Shown here: one piece after another, positions 8,514 through 20,627 of the stretch | How the letters are laid out: every line of letters begins with the position of its first letter | How positions within the stretch are numbered: the first letter of the stretch is position 1 | Assembly: GCA_903945435.1 (NCBI GenBank) | Contig: CAJAVM010000001.1 | Location: forward strand, 73,071-137,070 | Direction: 5' to 3' | Origin: an uncultured bacterium | GTDB lineage: Bacteria > Patescibacteriota > Patescibacteriia > Patescibacteriales > UBA12465 | DNA: 64,000 nucleotides | Made by a program: the position numbers and the translations under genes | Notes under the pieces: generated by a model | What the model saw: the letters and a program-made list of their open reading frames with translations, nothing else | Database searches by the model: none | What the model was told of the DNA's origin: nothing

Positions 8514-10487
8514 TTAAATAATTGCCCTTATATCGCCAACTAATGCACCCTTTTCTTTTAAAAAGAGCGGATTAATATCAAACTCTTGAACCTCAACATG
8601 CTCCATCGCTAAACGAGATACTGCCACTAAAATATCAGCTAATTTATCAATATCGTATTTTTTTCTACCGCGAGCACCGTCTAAAATAGGAAAAAAGGGC
8701 AAACTTTTTATTAGTTTATAAGCTCGACGCTTATCTAAATCGGCTACCACAACTTTGATTTCTTTAAATATTTCAGCATAAATGCCACCCAAGCCCAGCA
8801 AAAGTATTGGTCCAAAAGAAACATCACGCTTGAAGCCTAGAATTAATTCTAAACTACTAGTTATTTGTGGCTGAACTACTAAATAATTTTGTTCATTATG
8901 TAAAACTTTTTTATTACTACGATAAAAATTTGCGGCCGCCTTTTCCAGTTCTAAACGATTAGTTAAATTCAGAATAACCGCCCCCTTATCAGTTTTATGA
9001 AGAAAATCTGGTCCAACTGCTTTCAAAACTGCCGGGTAAGAAGTCTCCACGTCAGCACCATATCTTATTGTTCTCACGGCTGGAATTTTATATTGCTTTA
9101 TTAGTGACAATAAAGATAGATAGTCACTATTTGTTTTTTTGTTTACTGGTGCTAGCTGACGGAATGGAGTTAAGCCATTTACAACTTCTCTCCAGCTAGA
9201 TAATTTTTTTACAGTTCTAATAGCGCATTCAGGATAATCAAAAACTGGTAAACTTTCTTTAGTTAATAAGGATTTGGCGTTCTTCACGGTTTCTCCTCCT
9301 AAAAAACTAGCCATCAGTAAACGCTTAGGATATTGCTTATCTACCCTGATAATTGCTTCTGCTGTTTCTAGGGGCTTAGTACTAGTTTGTGGTGTTAAAA
9401 GAATTAGAATATTATCAGTAGATTTTTTCTTAGCTAGCTCCCTTAAAGCATCCTCATATCGCACATCATCCGCATCGCCAAAAATATCCAAGCTTCCATT
9501 TAACAACAAATTTTGTTTTGCAGTCTCATCAGCTGATAAAACTGCTAAGCCACCAGCATTAGTTAGTATCTGCAAGCTATTAGTTATCGGGCCGTGTGTT
9601 GCCTCTGCTTGTAATAAAAGTAATAAATCAAATAATTCTCCTAAGGTATCAATCATAATTACCCCAGCACGCTCTAGGCCTGCTTTAACGGCTATGCTAC
9701 CGCCCGCCAAAGCACCGGTGTGGGATTTAGCAATCTTACTCCCCTGTTCGCTCATTCCAGCCTTTAGTACAATAATTGGTTTTTTAGGAGAAATTTTAGA
9801 AGCAATCTCCATAAATCTGCAACCATCTTTTATATCTTCTAAATACAAAATAATTGCTCCAATATTTTTATCAGTAGCTAAATGAATTAAAAAATCATTT
9901 TCATTTAAAACTGCTTTATTGCCTAAACTTATAAAATAACCCAAATTAAAATTCTTATCTTTCAACCAATCTAAAACCGCGCTACCAATTGCCCCTGATT
10001 GTGAAAGTAGGGCAATTTTTCCGCCAGCCAAACCGCTACCAGCAAAACTAGCATTAAGATGATTAATATTATTAATCAGCCCTAAGCAATTAGGGCCTAA
10101 AATATTTAATTTATATTTGCGAGCAAGAGCTTCTAGTTCTTTTTCTCGAACTATTCCCTCTGAACCCGTTTCCTTAAATCCAGAACTGATTATAATAATA
10201 TTTTTAATTCCTAAAAGTCCACATTTTTCGACTTCTGCAAGCACAAATTGTGCAGGAATCACAATAACAACTAAAATAGTAGATAACTTTTTGTTAGGGA
10301 TTTTATCTAGACTAGGAAAAACATTTAAACCAGCAATTTTCTTCTCTTTCAAGTTAATTGGGTAAATTATTCCTGGGTAATTACTTTTAAGAATATTATC
10401 TAATACTTGTCGACCAATTTTTGTCTTATCAGATGAAGCGCCAACAATAGCGACTCCTAGTGGTTTAAAAAAATAATTTAAATCCAT
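8514..10487 (-). CDS. ADP-forming acetyl-CoA synthetase family protein (fused CoA-binding, ligase-CoA and ATP-grasp domains)
   Basis: 657 aa. N-terminal CoA-binding pattern (VAIVGASSDKTKIGRQV), succinyl-CoA-synthetase-like middle region, ATP-grasp-like C-terminus. Confidence 0.75.
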   Translation of the reverse strand: MDLNYFFKPLGVAIVGASSDKTKIGRQVLDNILKSNYPGIIYPINLKEKKIAGLNVFPSLDKIPNKKLSTILVVIVIPAQFVLAEVEKCGLLGIKNIIIISSGFKETGSEGIVREKELEALARKYKLNILGPNCLGLINNINHLNASFAGSGLAGGKIALLSQSGAIGSAVLDWLKDKNFNLGYFISLGNKAVLNENDFLIHLATDKNIGAIILYLEDIKDGCRFMEIASKISPKKPIIVLKAGMSEQGSKIAKSHTGALAGGSIAVKAGLERAGVIMIDTLGELFDLLLLLQAEATHGPITNSLQILTNAGGLAVLSADETAKQNLLLNGSLDIFGDADDVRYEDALRELAKKKSTDNILILLTPQTSTKPLETAEAIIRVDKQYPKRLLMASFLGGETVKNAKSLLTKESLPVFDYPECAIRTVKKLSSWREVVNGLTPFRQLAPVNKKTNSDYLSLLSLIKQYKIPAVRTIRYGADVETSYPAVLKAVGPDFLHKTDKGAVILNLTNRLELEKAAANFYRSNKKVLHNEQNYLVVQPQITSSLELILGFKRDVSFGPILLLGLGGIYAEIFKEIKVVVADLDKRRAYKLIKSLPFFPILDGARGRKKYDIDKLADILVAVSRLAMEHVEVQEFDINPLFLKEKGALVGDIRAII

Positions 10488-10489
10488 AC

Positions 10490-10675
10490 CTATTTTTTAA
10501 TTAATAAAAATATACTAAAACCAAAAACTAATAAAAATAAATAATTAATGTTGAAGTAGACTAAAATAATATTAGGGAAGATAACTTCGAGCACTATAAA
10601 AACTAACCACAAGCAAACTAAAAAATAAAAGACTTCTTTAATAAACAATCTTGATAATAAAAATTTTAAATCCAT
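10490..10675 (-). CDS. Hypothetical small membrane protein (61 aa, two hydrophobic segments)
   Basis: Lies in the co-directional array 2 nt downstream of the next gene. TAG stop. No recognisable motif. Confidence 0.4.
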   Translation of the reverse strand: MDLKFLLSRLFIKEVFYFLVCLWLVFIVLEVIFPNIILVYFNINYLFLLVFGFSIFLLIKK

Positions 10676-10680
10676 ATTAA

Positions 10681-11265
10681 CTAGTCAGAAATATCAAAAA
10701 TTTTCTGATATAAATTTCTTCCAGAAAACTCTATTTTTACTTCACTGATTTCTAGATAGTCTGGGCTATTTATAATCTCTAGGCTAGGAATAGAAATAGT
10801 AAACACATATTTCCCGTTCGACCTATAAACTTCTTTTAAATTAAAATCAGCTGACAATGTATCTGGTGCAACTAATTCAAGTGGTTGCAAATTATAGTCT
10901 GCTGTTGCAGGGCTAACTAGTGCACCAGCCTCTATAATAGCGCCCCTAGTTAAGTTACTCCGATATTTAATTATCAACTTTGCCCTGGAAAAGGTACGTG
11001 GTGTAAACACGGAAAAATAAACCGGACTCTTGATAATACGAGGGGAACTATCTTCTTTCTGATTAACATTAACGACGGGGGTAAAATTATTTATAAACCC
11101 TTTACCTAGCTTAAAAGTATGAGAATAGTTTTTGATGTAGGTTGCCTTACCAAGCGGAACTATTTTCAAAAAGAAAAAAATCAATATAATGAATATAATC
11201 AGCAAAATCCAAACCAGCCTCACTTTCAACAAAAATGGCTTTTTTTTAAAAAATTGAAGCATCAT
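10681..11265 (-). CDS. Hypothetical membrane-anchored protein (194 aa)
   Basis: N-terminal TM helix followed by a probable extracytoplasmic domain. TAG stop. No recognisable family. Confidence 0.5.
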   Translation of the reverse strand: MMLQFFKKKPFLLKVRLVWILLIIFIILIFFFLKIVPLGKATYIKNYSHTFKLGKGFINNFTPVVNVNQKEDSSPRIIKSPVYFSVFTPRTFSRAKLIIKYRSNLTRGAIIEAGALVSPATADYNLQPLELVAPDTLSADFNLKEVYRSNGKYVFTISIPSLEIINSPDYLEISEVKIEFSGRNLYQKIFDISD

Positions 11266-11303
11266 ATATCTTTATTTTACGTTATTTTGAGCAAAAAAAC
11301 AAA

Positions 11304-11342
11304 TAAAAAAACACTCTCACTTTAATTCGTGAGAGTGTTTTT
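11304..11342 (-). terminator. Rho-independent terminator downstream of rpoC
   Basis: ACACTCTCAC (11311-11320) pairs with GTGAGAGTGT (11329-11338). On the minus strand a U-run follows (plus-strand A-run 11304-11310). Confidence 0.75.
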
Positions 11343-11360
11343 CGTCTATATACTTTAGTC

Positions 11361-14300
11361 TTATTTTCCGTATTCGAAACGTTTTTTCTTACCCTTATAA
11401 CCAGTTCCCGCGGGAATTAAGCAACCGATAATAACATTTTCCTTAAGACCTTCTAAATAATCAATCTTACCATTAACAGCAGCATCAATTAATACACGAG
11501 AGGTTTCCTGGAAAGAAGCGGCAGATAAGAAACTATCAGTAGTTAAAGAAGCCTTAGTAATACCTAACAATAATTGATCACCAGTAGCAAGCTGCTTAGA
11601 GTCCTTATTAGCTTGGTAGAACACTTCATCTTCAACTGTTTCACCAGGAAGCAAAGTAGTATCACCAGCGTCAGTAACAAAGAAACGAGAGAACATTTGG
11701 CGAGCAATAATTTCAACGTGTTTATCATTTAAAGGTTGTCCCTGAGAAGAATAAACGTATTGGATTTCTCTAATAACATATTTCTGAGTTTCCAAACGTC
11801 CTTTAAGTTTATACAATTCACGTAAATCAAGGCTACCTTCAGTTAATTGAGTTCCTTTTTCAATAATCTCGCCATCCTTAACCATCATCATGGTTCCCTT
11901 TAAAATGGAGAACTCTTTAACTTTTTCGGCTTCCTTAGAAACGCTAACTAATTTCTCAGTAACTTTAGCTATACCAGCAGTAGTAGCTTTTACCATTTCT
12001 CCGCCGACACTAAATAAATCAGTATTTTTAGAAACATGGTCACCATCCTTCACTAAAACATTAACTTCAAATTTCTTTTTATCTTTAGCAGTTAAACCAC
12101 CAGCTAATTTTACTTCATTAACTTTTTCAGAGAAATAATATTTATCACTATCTTCTCCTTTATAGAAAATGCTTAAAATCTTAGCTTGAGGATTATCAAC
12201 TAATATTTCTTTTCCATCCTTATCTTTAATAGTCTTTTGTGCAAATTCAATCTTAATGCGTCCAGAAACGTCGGCCATAAGCGCTTTCTTTTTTGGACTT
12301 CGAGCTTCAAAGATTTCTTCAACACGAGGTAAACCTTGAGTAATATCGTCTTGACCAGCAACACCTCCAGTATGGAAGGTTCTCATAGTTAACTGAGTAC
12401 CAGGTTCACCGATAGATTGAGCGGCAATAATACCAACTGTGGAGCCCATCTTAACTAGCTTATTGTAAGCCAAATCCCAACCATAGCATTTAGCACAAAT
12501 TCCTTTATGCATCTTACAACTCAAAACTGAACGAATACAAACTTCAACAACTTCTTTAGATTTGATCAGTTTAATATTATCTTCATCCAACATTTCGCCA
12601 GCCTTTAGAATAGACTTTCCTTTTTCATCTAAAGCGTCTTTAGCTAAATAACGACCAGTAATCTTCTTGTAAAAATCTTCACCTGTCTTTTCAGCGTCAG
12701 TTTTTTTCATAATTGCCCCCTCTTCATCACCACAATCTTCTTCAGAAACAATAATATCTTGAGAAACATCAACTAAACGACGAGTTAAATAACCAGCATT
12801 AGCAGTTCTTAAGGCAGTATCGGACAAACCTTTACGTACACCATGAGTAGAAATGAAATATTCTAATACACCGAAACCTTTCTTAAAGTTTCCTTTAACA
12901 GGTAATTCAATAATGGCGCCGGAAGGAGAGGTTACTAAACCTTTCATACCTAAGATCTGAACTGGCTGAGCCCAAGAACCACGAGCACCAGAATCAATCA
13001 TAGAATAAACCGGTAAAACATTGTTCAATCCTTTTTTACAAATATCTCCGATTTTATCTTTAGTATTAGTCCATTCTTCAATAACTTTAGCGTAACGTTC
13101 ACTCTCAGTTAATAAACCATCTTCGTATTGTTCTTGAATAATTTCAACTTGTTTATTAGCAGCATCAATTAACTGATCCTTTTCTGGTAAGTTAGGCAAA
13201 TCACCGAAGCCCCAAGAAAGACCAGATTTAGTAATAAATGAGAAAGCACGATTTTTTAAACCATCAATAAATTTAACAGTTTCGTCTTCACTATAAAGAC
13301 GCAAACATTCACGAATTAAATCTTTTAATTTACTCTTACCGACAACATCATTAATAAATCTTAATTTTTCTGGGAGTAGTGAGTTAAAAATTAAACGACC
13401 AACGGTAGTCTTTAACATTTCATCTCTATATTTTACTGAGATTGGTTCATGAAGAGCAATGAAATTATTATTGTATGCTAAATATGCCTCATCTTCATTA
13501 TAGAAGTAACGCATATCTTCACGCTTGGCATCAGCAAAATCTTTATTAACCAAAGTAATATAATAAGTTCCCCAAACAATATCTTGAGCAGGAGCAATAA
13601 TCGGGTCACCAGTTGCTGGCTTTAATAAATTGTGGCTAGCTAACATTAAATGCTCAGCTTCCCACTTAGCCTCTTTAGTTAAAGGGACATGAACAGCCAT
13701 TTGGTCTCCATCGAAGTCGGCGTTAAACGCTGTACAAACAAGAGGATGGATTTGAATAGCCTTACCTTCAATTAAAATCGGACGAAAAGCTTGAATACCA
13801 AGACGATGTAAAGTAGGAGCACGATTTAATAATACAAAAGCTCCACGAACAATTTCTTCTAAAATATCCCAAACTTCATCATGACCAGCTTCAATATAAC
13901 GAGAAGCACTACGAACATTATGAACAATCTCTCTCTTAATTAATTGAGAAATAATAAAGGGTTTAAATAATTCCAACGCCATAATCTTCGGCAAACCACA
14001 TTGGTCAAGATTTAGTTTTGGATTTACAACAATAACGGAACGACCAGAATAATCAACACGTTTACCAAGTAAATTCTGACGAAATCTTCCCTGCTTACCC
14101 TTTAAAGTATCAGCTAAAGATTTTAGTTGTCTCTTTTGACCAGTAGAAGCGGTAACCGTTTTTGTATGACGAGCAGAATTATCAATTAAAGCATCAACGG
14201 CTTCTTGAAGCATTCTTTTTTCGTTACGACAAATAACTTCTGGAGCATTTAAATCTAATAATTGTTTCAAACGATTATTACGATTAATAACACGACGATA

Positions 14301-15281
14301 TAAATCATTTAAATCAGAAGCAGCAAATCTTCCGCCATCTAACGCTACCATCGGACGTAAATCCGGGGGAACAACTGGAAGAACATTCATAATCATCCAC
14401 TCTGGGCGCAAACTATTATTTCTAAAACTCTTTAAAAGTTTTAATCTCTTAACTAATTTTTCTTTTTTAGATTCAATCGCATCCTTTAACTTTTCTTCTA
14501 GATTTACAATACTCTTTTCTAACTGAATCTTTTCTAAAAGTTCACGCACGGCCTCAGCTCCAATAGAAGCTTCGAAAATATGACCAAACTTTAAACTTAA
14601 ACTTTGATATTGATGTTCAGATAATATTAAAAGTGGTTTCAATTCTTTAAGTTCTTTTTGAGTTTGAGCAAAGTCTTCATCCAAACGAGCAACTTTTTCA
14701 TTCTTAGCTTTTAAAGCTTCTTTGATTTCACCATCATTATCGCCGGCTTCTTTGATTTTCTTTATTTCATTATTATATTCATTTTCAAAACCTTTAATCT
14801 TACTCTTATACTCCGCCTTAATTTGATTAATAGTTATTTCCTTTAAGCTTTCATCAACGTCGGTAACAATAAAACTTGCATAGTAGATAACTTTCTCTAA
14901 AGATTGAATTCCTAAATTCAAAAGTAAACCAATCTTAGAAGATAAGCCTCTTAAAAACCAAATATGAGAAGCGGGGACCTGTAGGGTAATGTGACCCAAT
15001 CTTTCACGTCTAACAATACTGCGAGTTACTTCAACACCGCATTTATCGCAAACGATTCCCTTATAACGGATTTTTTTATATTTTCCGCAGGCACATTCCC
15101 AGTCTTTAGTCGGACCAAAAATTTTCTCACAAAATAAACCATCTTTTTCCGGCTTTTGAGTACGATAGTTTATAGTTTCCGGTCGAGTCACCTCTCCGTG
15201 AGACCAAGACATAATTTCATCCGGACTGGCCAGTTTTAAACGGATAGCGTCAAAATCGCTGGTTTTTATTGGATTTAACAT
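11361..15281 (-). CDS. rpoC: DNA-directed RNA polymerase subunit beta'
   Basis: 1306 aa. Zinc-binding CxC..CxxC near the N-terminus, NADFDGD catalytic motif, conserved trigger-loop region. Confidence 0.97.
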   Translation of the reverse strand: MLNPIKTSDFDAIRLKLASPDEIMSWSHGEVTRPETINYRTQKPEKDGLFCEKIFGPTKDWECACGKYKKIRYKGIVCDKCGVEVTRSIVRRERLGHITLQVPASHIWFLRGLSSKIGLLLNLGIQSLEKVIYYASFIVTDVDESLKEITINQIKAEYKSKIKGFENEYNNEIKKIKEAGDNDGEIKEALKAKNEKVARLDEDFAQTQKELKELKPLLILSEHQYQSLSLKFGHIFEASIGAEAVRELLEKIQLEKSIVNLEEKLKDAIESKKEKLVKRLKLLKSFRNNSLRPEWMIMNVLPVVPPDLRPMVALDGGRFAASDLNDLYRRVINRNNRLKQLLDLNAPEVICRNEKRMLQEAVDALIDNSARHTKTVTASTGQKRQLKSLADTLKGKQGRFRQNLLGKRVDYSGRSVIVVNPKLNLDQCGLPKIMALELFKPFIISQLIKREIVHNVRSASRYIEAGHDEVWDILEEIVRGAFVLLNRAPTLHRLGIQAFRPILIEGKAIQIHPLVCTAFNADFDGDQMAVHVPLTKEAKWEAEHLMLASHNLLKPATGDPIIAPAQDIVWGTYYITLVNKDFADAKREDMRYFYNEDEAYLAYNNNFIALHEPISVKYRDEMLKTTVGRLIFNSLLPEKLRFINDVVGKSKLKDLIRECLRLYSEDETVKFIDGLKNRAFSFITKSGLSWGFGDLPNLPEKDQLIDAANKQVEIIQEQYEDGLLTESERYAKVIEEWTNTKDKIGDICKKGLNNVLPVYSMIDSGARGSWAQPVQILGMKGLVTSPSGAIIELPVKGNFKKGFGVLEYFISTHGVRKGLSDTALRTANAGYLTRRLVDVSQDIIVSEEDCGDEEGAIMKKTDAEKTGEDFYKKITGRYLAKDALDEKGKSILKAGEMLDEDNIKLIKSKEVVEVCIRSVLSCKMHKGICAKCYGWDLAYNKLVKMGSTVGIIAAQSIGEPGTQLTMRTFHTGGVAGQDDITQGLPRVEEIFEARSPKKKALMADVSGRIKIEFAQKTIKDKDGKEILVDNPQAKILSIFYKGEDSDKYYFSEKVNEVKLAGGLTAKDKKKFEVNVLVKDGDHVSKNTDLFSVGGEMVKATTAGIAKVTEKLVSVSKEAEKVKEFSILKGTMMMVKDGEIIEKGTQLTEGSLDLRELYKLKGRLETQKYVIREIQYVYSSQGQPLNDKHVEIIARQMFSRFFVTDAGDTTLLPGETVEDEVFYQANKDSKQLATGDQLLLGITKASLTTDSFLSAASFQETSRVLIDAAVNGKIDYLEGLKENVIIGCLIPAGTGYKGKKKRFEYGK

Positions 15282-15313
15282 AATATGTATATGTAAATGC
15301 TTATTTAATATTA

Positions 15314-18300
15314 TTACTCAGACTTCTCTCCGCCTTCTTCTAAAGCGACGACTATCTCAGGCTTATCATAATCGAACTTTTCTTCTTTAATTATTTCTTC
15401 ATCTAAATCAGTCATAACCTCTGAAGCAGTCATTCCGTTCTTTCCATTTAAAAGTTCAACATTAAGACCAAGTCCTTTTAGCTCTCTAATCAAAACATTA
15501 AAGGATTCAGGTACGTTCAATTTTTCAATTTCCTCACCCTTAATAATTGATTCATAAGCCTTAGATCTTCCAGGAATATCATCAGACTTAATAGTTAAAA
15601 TTTCTTGTAAAGTATGAGCGGCACCATAACCCTCTAAAGCCCAAACTTCCATTTCTCCAAATCTCTGTCCACCAAATTGGGCTTTTCCTCCCAAAGGTTG
15701 TTGAGTAATAAGAGAATAAGGACCGATTGAACGTTGGTGAATTTTATCTTCAACCATGTGGTTAAGTTTTAACATGTACTTATAACCAACGGTGATTTGA
15801 TTATCATAAGCCTCACCAGTTTTACCATCATATAAAGTAATCTTTCCATTTTCTGGTAACCCCGCCTTTCGAAGCTCTTCTTTAATTTGTTCTTCAGTAA
15901 CACCATTTAAAGCTGGAGACATAACTCTGTAACCAAGCTTCTTAACAGCAAAACCAAGATGAGTTTCAAGCAACTGACCAAGATTCATACGAGAAATAAT
16001 ACCCAATGGAGAAAGGATAACATCAACTGGAGTACCATCAGCCATATAAGGCATATCTTCAACTGGAACAACTTTAGAAATAACACCTTTATTACCATGA
16101 CGACCAGACATCTTATCACCAACTTGAATCTTTCTTAAGTTAGCAACGGAAACTTGAATTGATTGTAAAACGCCAGCTGACAGTTTATCACCCTCTTCAC
16201 GAGAAAAGATTTTAATATCAACTACTTTACCGTGTTCACCGTGTTCAAGATACAAAGAAGAATCACGAACATCTTTAGCTTTTTCACCAAAGATAGCTCG
16301 AAGTAATTTTTCTTCAGCTGATAAAGTTGTTTCTCCTTTTGGAGTAATCTTACCAACTAAAATATCCCCAGATGAAATTTCAGCACCAATTCTGATAATA
16401 CCTTCGTCATCAAGATTCTTTAATTTTTCTTCACTGATATTTGGGATATCGTTAGTTACAACCTCGGGACCAAGCTTAGTATCGCGAACATCAATTGTAT
16501 AATTTTCAATATGAATAGATGAATAAACATCTTCCTTAACTAAACGTTCAGAAATAATAACCGCATCTTCATAGTTGAAACCTTCCCAAGTCATGAAAGC
16601 AACTAAAACATTTCTTCCTAAAGATAATTCCCCGTTATCAATCGCTGGACCATCAGAAAGGATATCTCCTTTTTTAACTTTAGTTCCGACATCAGTAGTG
16701 GGATGCTGATTAATACAAGTTGAGGAATTAGAACGTAAAAATTTATTCAAAGTATAAGTAATAACTTCACCTTTTTTAGTTGTAAGTTCAATTGTACCGG
16801 CATCAGCTTTAGTAATCACACCATCTTCAGCGGCAATCACAACATGACCACTATCACGAGCAGCTCTTTCTTCAACTCCAGTACCAACTACAGGCGCCTC
16901 ACTCTTTACAAGAGGAACGGCCTGACGTTGCATGTTTGTTCCCATTAAAGATCTCTGTCCGTCGTTGTGTTCCATAAAAGGAATCAAGCTGGTAGCGATA
17001 GAAATAATCTGATTAGCGGCAACCCCAACAAAATCGATTTTATCAACTTCTTCCATTCCCGGTTGGCCATATTTTCGGCCTTCAAATTTAGATACTAAAA
17101 AGTAACCATCATCACTAGTAGGAATGGTTGAATCGACAGTAATATATTTTTCTTCTTCAAAAGCATCAAGATAAACAATTTCATCAGTAACACGAGGACC
17201 TTTTTTGTCCTTAACAACTTTACGATATGGAGTCTCTAAAAATCCATAACTATTGAGTCTAGCATAACTAGCTAAATGGCCTACTAAACCAATATTTGGA
17301 CCTTCAGGAGTAGCAATCGGACAAATACGACCATAATGAGTAGTATGTACATCACGAACATCAAAGCCCGCTCTTTCTCTTGTTAAGCCTCCAGGACCCA
17401 TCGCCGATAAACGACGCTTGTGTTCAAGTTCAGCTAAAGGATTAGTTTGATCCATGAACTGAGATAATTGAGAAGACATGAAAAATTCTCTGACAACTCC
17501 AATTACTGGACGAGCATTAACTAATTTAGAAGGCGTAAGTGAAGCAATATCAGAAGTCGACATTCTATCTTTAATAATTCTTTCCATTCGAGCTAGTCCA
17601 ACACGGAAACGGTTCTGAATTAAACCACCAATTGCACGAATACGACGATTACCAAGATGATCAATATCATCTTCCGGTTCTTTAGTAATATTTAATCTAA
17701 TTACTTCTTTAATAATTAAAACTAAATCTTCCTTTCTTAAAATACGATATTCTTTTTTGTTTGAAGGTAAATCAAGACTAAAACGACGATTTAATTTATA
17801 GCGTCCAACACGACCAAAGTCATAACGATCAAAACGGAAGAACATAGAATAAATAAGTTGACGAGCATTTTCAACAGAAGCTAAATCGCCCGGTCTAATG
17901 CGGCGATAAACTTCTTGTAAACCTTCGGCTTCATCCTTAGCAGCATCTTTTTCAATCGTTGCTTCAATGAAAGTCTTTTCTTCTTTATTTTTTACTAAAT
18001 CAACATCAGCAAACAATTTAATAATTTCTTCATCACTAGTATAGCCAAAAGCACGCAACAATGAAGTAACGGCAACTTTACGTTTACGATCAATTCTAAC
18101 CCATAATACTTTATTAGAGTCAGTTTCTATTTCAAGCCAAGCACCGCGATTAGGAATAATCTTAGCACCATAGCATTTTTTTCCTTTTATAAACTCAGCG
18201 GTAAACATTACCCCAGCACTTCTAATAAGCTGAGAAACAACAACTCTTTCAATACCGTTAATAATGAATGTTCCCTTATCAGTCATCAATGGAAAATCAC

Positions 18301-18613
18301 CAAGAAAAACTTCTTGGTTAACAGCATGATTGGTTTTTTTATTTAATAGTCTAGTCTTTACACGCAAAGGAGCTTCGTAAGTAATATTCTTCTCGCGACT
18401 TTCTACTTCAGAGAATTTAGCTTCATCTAAATAATAGTCTTCAAGATATAATTCTAAATCACGGCCGATAAAATCGGCAACGGGATTTATTTCATCAAAT
18501 AGCTCCGCTAAGCCTTCCTTAAGAAACCAATTATAGGAATCTTTCTGTATCTCGATTAAATCCGGCATTGGCAGGACCTCTTTTACCTCAGAAAATGATT
18601 TGCGTTTAGACAT
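15314..18613 (-). CDS. rpoB: DNA-directed RNA polymerase subunit beta
   Basis: 1099 aa. Conserved rif-cluster region (SQLSQFMDQTNPL) and the C-terminal GGQRFGEMEVWALE motif. Confidence 0.97.
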   Translation of the reverse strand: MSKRKSFSEVKEVLPMPDLIEIQKDSYNWFLKEGLAELFDEINPVADFIGRDLELYLEDYYLDEAKFSEVESREKNITYEAPLRVKTRLLNKKTNHAVNQEVFLGDFPLMTDKGTFIINGIERVVVSQLIRSAGVMFTAEFIKGKKCYGAKIIPNRGAWLEIETDSNKVLWVRIDRKRKVAVTSLLRAFGYTSDEEIIKLFADVDLVKNKEEKTFIEATIEKDAAKDEAEGLQEVYRRIRPGDLASVENARQLIYSMFFRFDRYDFGRVGRYKLNRRFSLDLPSNKKEYRILRKEDLVLIIKEVIRLNITKEPEDDIDHLGNRRIRAIGGLIQNRFRVGLARMERIIKDRMSTSDIASLTPSKLVNARPVIGVVREFFMSSQLSQFMDQTNPLAELEHKRRLSAMGPGGLTRERAGFDVRDVHTTHYGRICPIATPEGPNIGLVGHLASYARLNSYGFLETPYRKVVKDKKGPRVTDEIVYLDAFEEEKYITVDSTIPTSDDGYFLVSKFEGRKYGQPGMEEVDKIDFVGVAANQIISIATSLIPFMEHNDGQRSLMGTNMQRQAVPLVKSEAPVVGTGVEERAARDSGHVVIAAEDGVITKADAGTIELTTKKGEVITYTLNKFLRSNSSTCINQHPTTDVGTKVKKGDILSDGPAIDNGELSLGRNVLVAFMTWEGFNYEDAVIISERLVKEDVYSSIHIENYTIDVRDTKLGPEVVTNDIPNISEEKLKNLDDEGIIRIGAEISSGDILVGKITPKGETTLSAEEKLLRAIFGEKAKDVRDSSLYLEHGEHGKVVDIKIFSREEGDKLSAGVLQSIQVSVANLRKIQVGDKMSGRHGNKGVISKVVPVEDMPYMADGTPVDVILSPLGIISRMNLGQLLETHLGFAVKKLGYRVMSPALNGVTEEQIKEELRKAGLPENGKITLYDGKTGEAYDNQITVGYKYMLKLNHMVEDKIHQRSIGPYSLITQQPLGGKAQFGGQRFGEMEVWALEGYGAAHTLQEILTIKSDDIPGRSKAYESIIKGEEIEKLNVPESFNVLIRELKGLGLNVELLNGKNGMTASEVMTDLDEEIIKEEKFDYDKPEIVVALEEGGEKSE

Positions 18614-18828
18614 AGATATATAGAGTAATTATTTAACTATTTAAACTATAAGATAACAAAAGAGCAAAAAAAGATAGCCAGTAAATAAAGGGTTTTTAAC
18701 AAAAAAATCCCAATCAAAAATTGGCTTGAGTTTCAAGAAATATTAAATTAATTCGTTTTTTTATAAATCACTTTTTTTAGGTAAAAAAGTGTTAGTCTGT
18801 TCTTATGATAAGAATAATATGATAATAA

Positions 18829-20262
18829 TTATCTTTTGTCAATACACATTTTGTCCACAATCGCTTTTCTAAGCTCCTCTCTATCATCCCAAGGGATTTT
18901 CACCCCTCCAGCAACACAAATATGTTGTTCGGCTCCTTTCCCCGTAATAAGCACTAAATCATTTTCCTTGGCTAATTCTAGTGCTTTTTCAATAGCCTCA
19001 TGACGATCTAGCAACTTAAATAAATCTTGACCAATAATCTTACCAGCCATTTCTGCGCCAACCGCAACTTGATTAATTATATCATTGGGATTCTCGTCAT
19101 AAGGGTCCTCATTAGTAACAATAACGACATCGGCTTTAAGAGCGGCCATGCGCCCTAAAATAGGGCGACGAGTTTTATCCCTTCCCCCTCCAGTTGAACC
19201 TAAAATATGAATTAATCTCTCATAGGGAACCAAAGAAATAGTTTCATATAACTTCTCTAAAGCTTTTGGTTCAAAAGAATAATCAACCATTGCCCCAAAA
19301 TCTTGCCCCTCATCAATCATTTCCATTTTACCAGCCAAGCCTTGAACCCCTTCCAGTCCTGAAATAATTTTCTCTACAGGGATAACTTGATTCAAGCCAA
19401 CGGCATAAGCAGCTAAAGCGTTCAGCGCATTAAAATCCCCTAAAAGATTCAAATGTATTTGTTTCCCATCGATTTCTAAGTCCGTACCAGAAATTCCAGT
19501 TGCCGCCAAGACTCCCTTGATAAAGGTAAAATCTTTAGCGTGCGCCTCACTACTTAAATGTTTCAAAACAGCAGTCAAGCTATGCTCTGCATTTAATGAA
19601 TAGGCTATTTTAACTTCACTTCTAAAATTTAAAAAGTACGAGGCATTTTTATCATCGCCATTAGCAATAATAGTTTTTTGAATTCTAGTTAAATCTAATT
19701 TTTTTAAACCGTTTTTAACGCTACGAACCTTTTTATTTTCATCGACATATTTATTCTTGAAACGTTGCAAATGAGCGAATAGCAGACCCTTGGCTTCTTT
19801 ATACTTTTCAAAACTGCCATGAGATTCAATATGCTCAGGATACAAACCGGTAAAAACTAAAACGTCATAATTTATAAAACGATGTCGAAATTGTTTAATT
19901 CCTTCGGAAGTGGTTTCTACAACTGCATAACGACAACCATTCTTAACCATCCGACTTATAAGATTTTGAATAAAAAAACGACCAGGCATAGTCATCTTTT
20001 TATCATTCAACCATTCACTTTTTCCATCAGAAAAAATAGTCGTTGAAGTAAAGCCGGTTTTATAACCCGCTTTTTCTAACATTTTAGCAATCAAATAAAC
20101 CGTTGATGTTTTTCCGGCCGTTCCAGTAACTCCAATAATAATAAGTTTGCGACTAGGAAATTTAAAATATACGGCCGCAACAAAGCTCAATAAAAAATGA
20201 TAAACCGGTTGTACGGTTTTAAACAAACGTAGCGGAATAAGTTTTTTTATTTTTTCCGTCAT
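18829..20262 (-). CDS. murE: Mur ligase family protein, MurE-like with a reduced N-terminal domain
   Basis: 477 aa. P-loop GVTGTAGKTST. The C-terminal TNEDPYDENP resembles the MurE DNPR region. Confidence 0.6.
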   Translation of the reverse strand: MTEKIKKLIPLRLFKTVQPVYHFLLSFVAAVYFKFPSRKLIIIGVTGTAGKTSTVYLIAKMLEKAGYKTGFTSTTIFSDGKSEWLNDKKMTMPGRFFIQNLISRMVKNGCRYAVVETTSEGIKQFRHRFINYDVLVFTGLYPEHIESHGSFEKYKEAKGLLFAHLQRFKNKYVDENKKVRSVKNGLKKLDLTRIQKTIIANGDDKNASYFLNFRSEVKIAYSLNAEHSLTAVLKHLSSEAHAKDFTFIKGVLAATGISGTDLEIDGKQIHLNLLGDFNALNALAAYAVGLNQVIPVEKIISGLEGVQGLAGKMEMIDEGQDFGAMVDYSFEPKALEKLYETISLVPYERLIHILGSTGGGRDKTRRPILGRMAALKADVVIVTNEDPYDENPNDIINQVAVGAEMAGKIIGQDLFKLLDRHEAIEKALELAKENDLVLITGKGAEQHICVAGGVKIPWDDREELRKAIVDKMCIDKR

Positions 20263-20264
20263 AA

Positions 20265-20609
20265 TTAATTCTGAGACGCGATACTATTTATATTCTTTTC
20301 GACGTTACTATACTCCTGTTTCATACTATTAATATTTTCCATTTTTGCATTCAACGCTTCTAGTTCAGCTTCCGCTTCGTGTAATTCAAACCCCTTGTCT
20401 ATTATCTGCCCTTGTGTAGACCTAAAATCTTCTTCAGCAATAATATTCAGATTTTTTTTCAAATTATTAATTTTTTCATTAGCTTGTACAATTTTTTCCT
20501 GCAAAACTCTAACCTGAGCACTTGGCGCTAAAACGGAATCACGAGAAGAATCTAAACGATCAAATTGTTCATGTGGAAAATTACTACTAACATTTTCAAA
20601 ATGTTCCAT
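20265..20609 (-). CDS. Hypothetical coiled-coil protein (114 aa)
   Basis: Heptad-like E/K/N/L-rich sequence lying between ftsK and the Mur ligase. No recognisable family. Confidence 0.5.
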   Translation of the reverse strand: MEHFENVSSNFPHEQFDRLDSSRDSVLAPSAQVRVLQEKIVQANEKINNLKKNLNIIAEEDFRSTQGQIIDKGFELHEAEAELEALNAKMENINSMKQEYSNVEKNINSIASQN

Positions 20610-20627
20610 ATTTATTATATTTAATAA

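Noticed and set aside
9274-9885. 203-aa ORF antisense to the acetyl-CoA synthetase gene. Similar antisense ORFs occur at 10117-10365, 11890-12138, 5344-5541, 29201-29401, 42733-43134, 48590-48934 and 56900-57238, among others.
   Set aside because: These are shadow ORFs on the opposite strand of well-supported conserved genes. They have Ser/Leu/Ile-rich low-complexity translations, no motifs and no independent signals.
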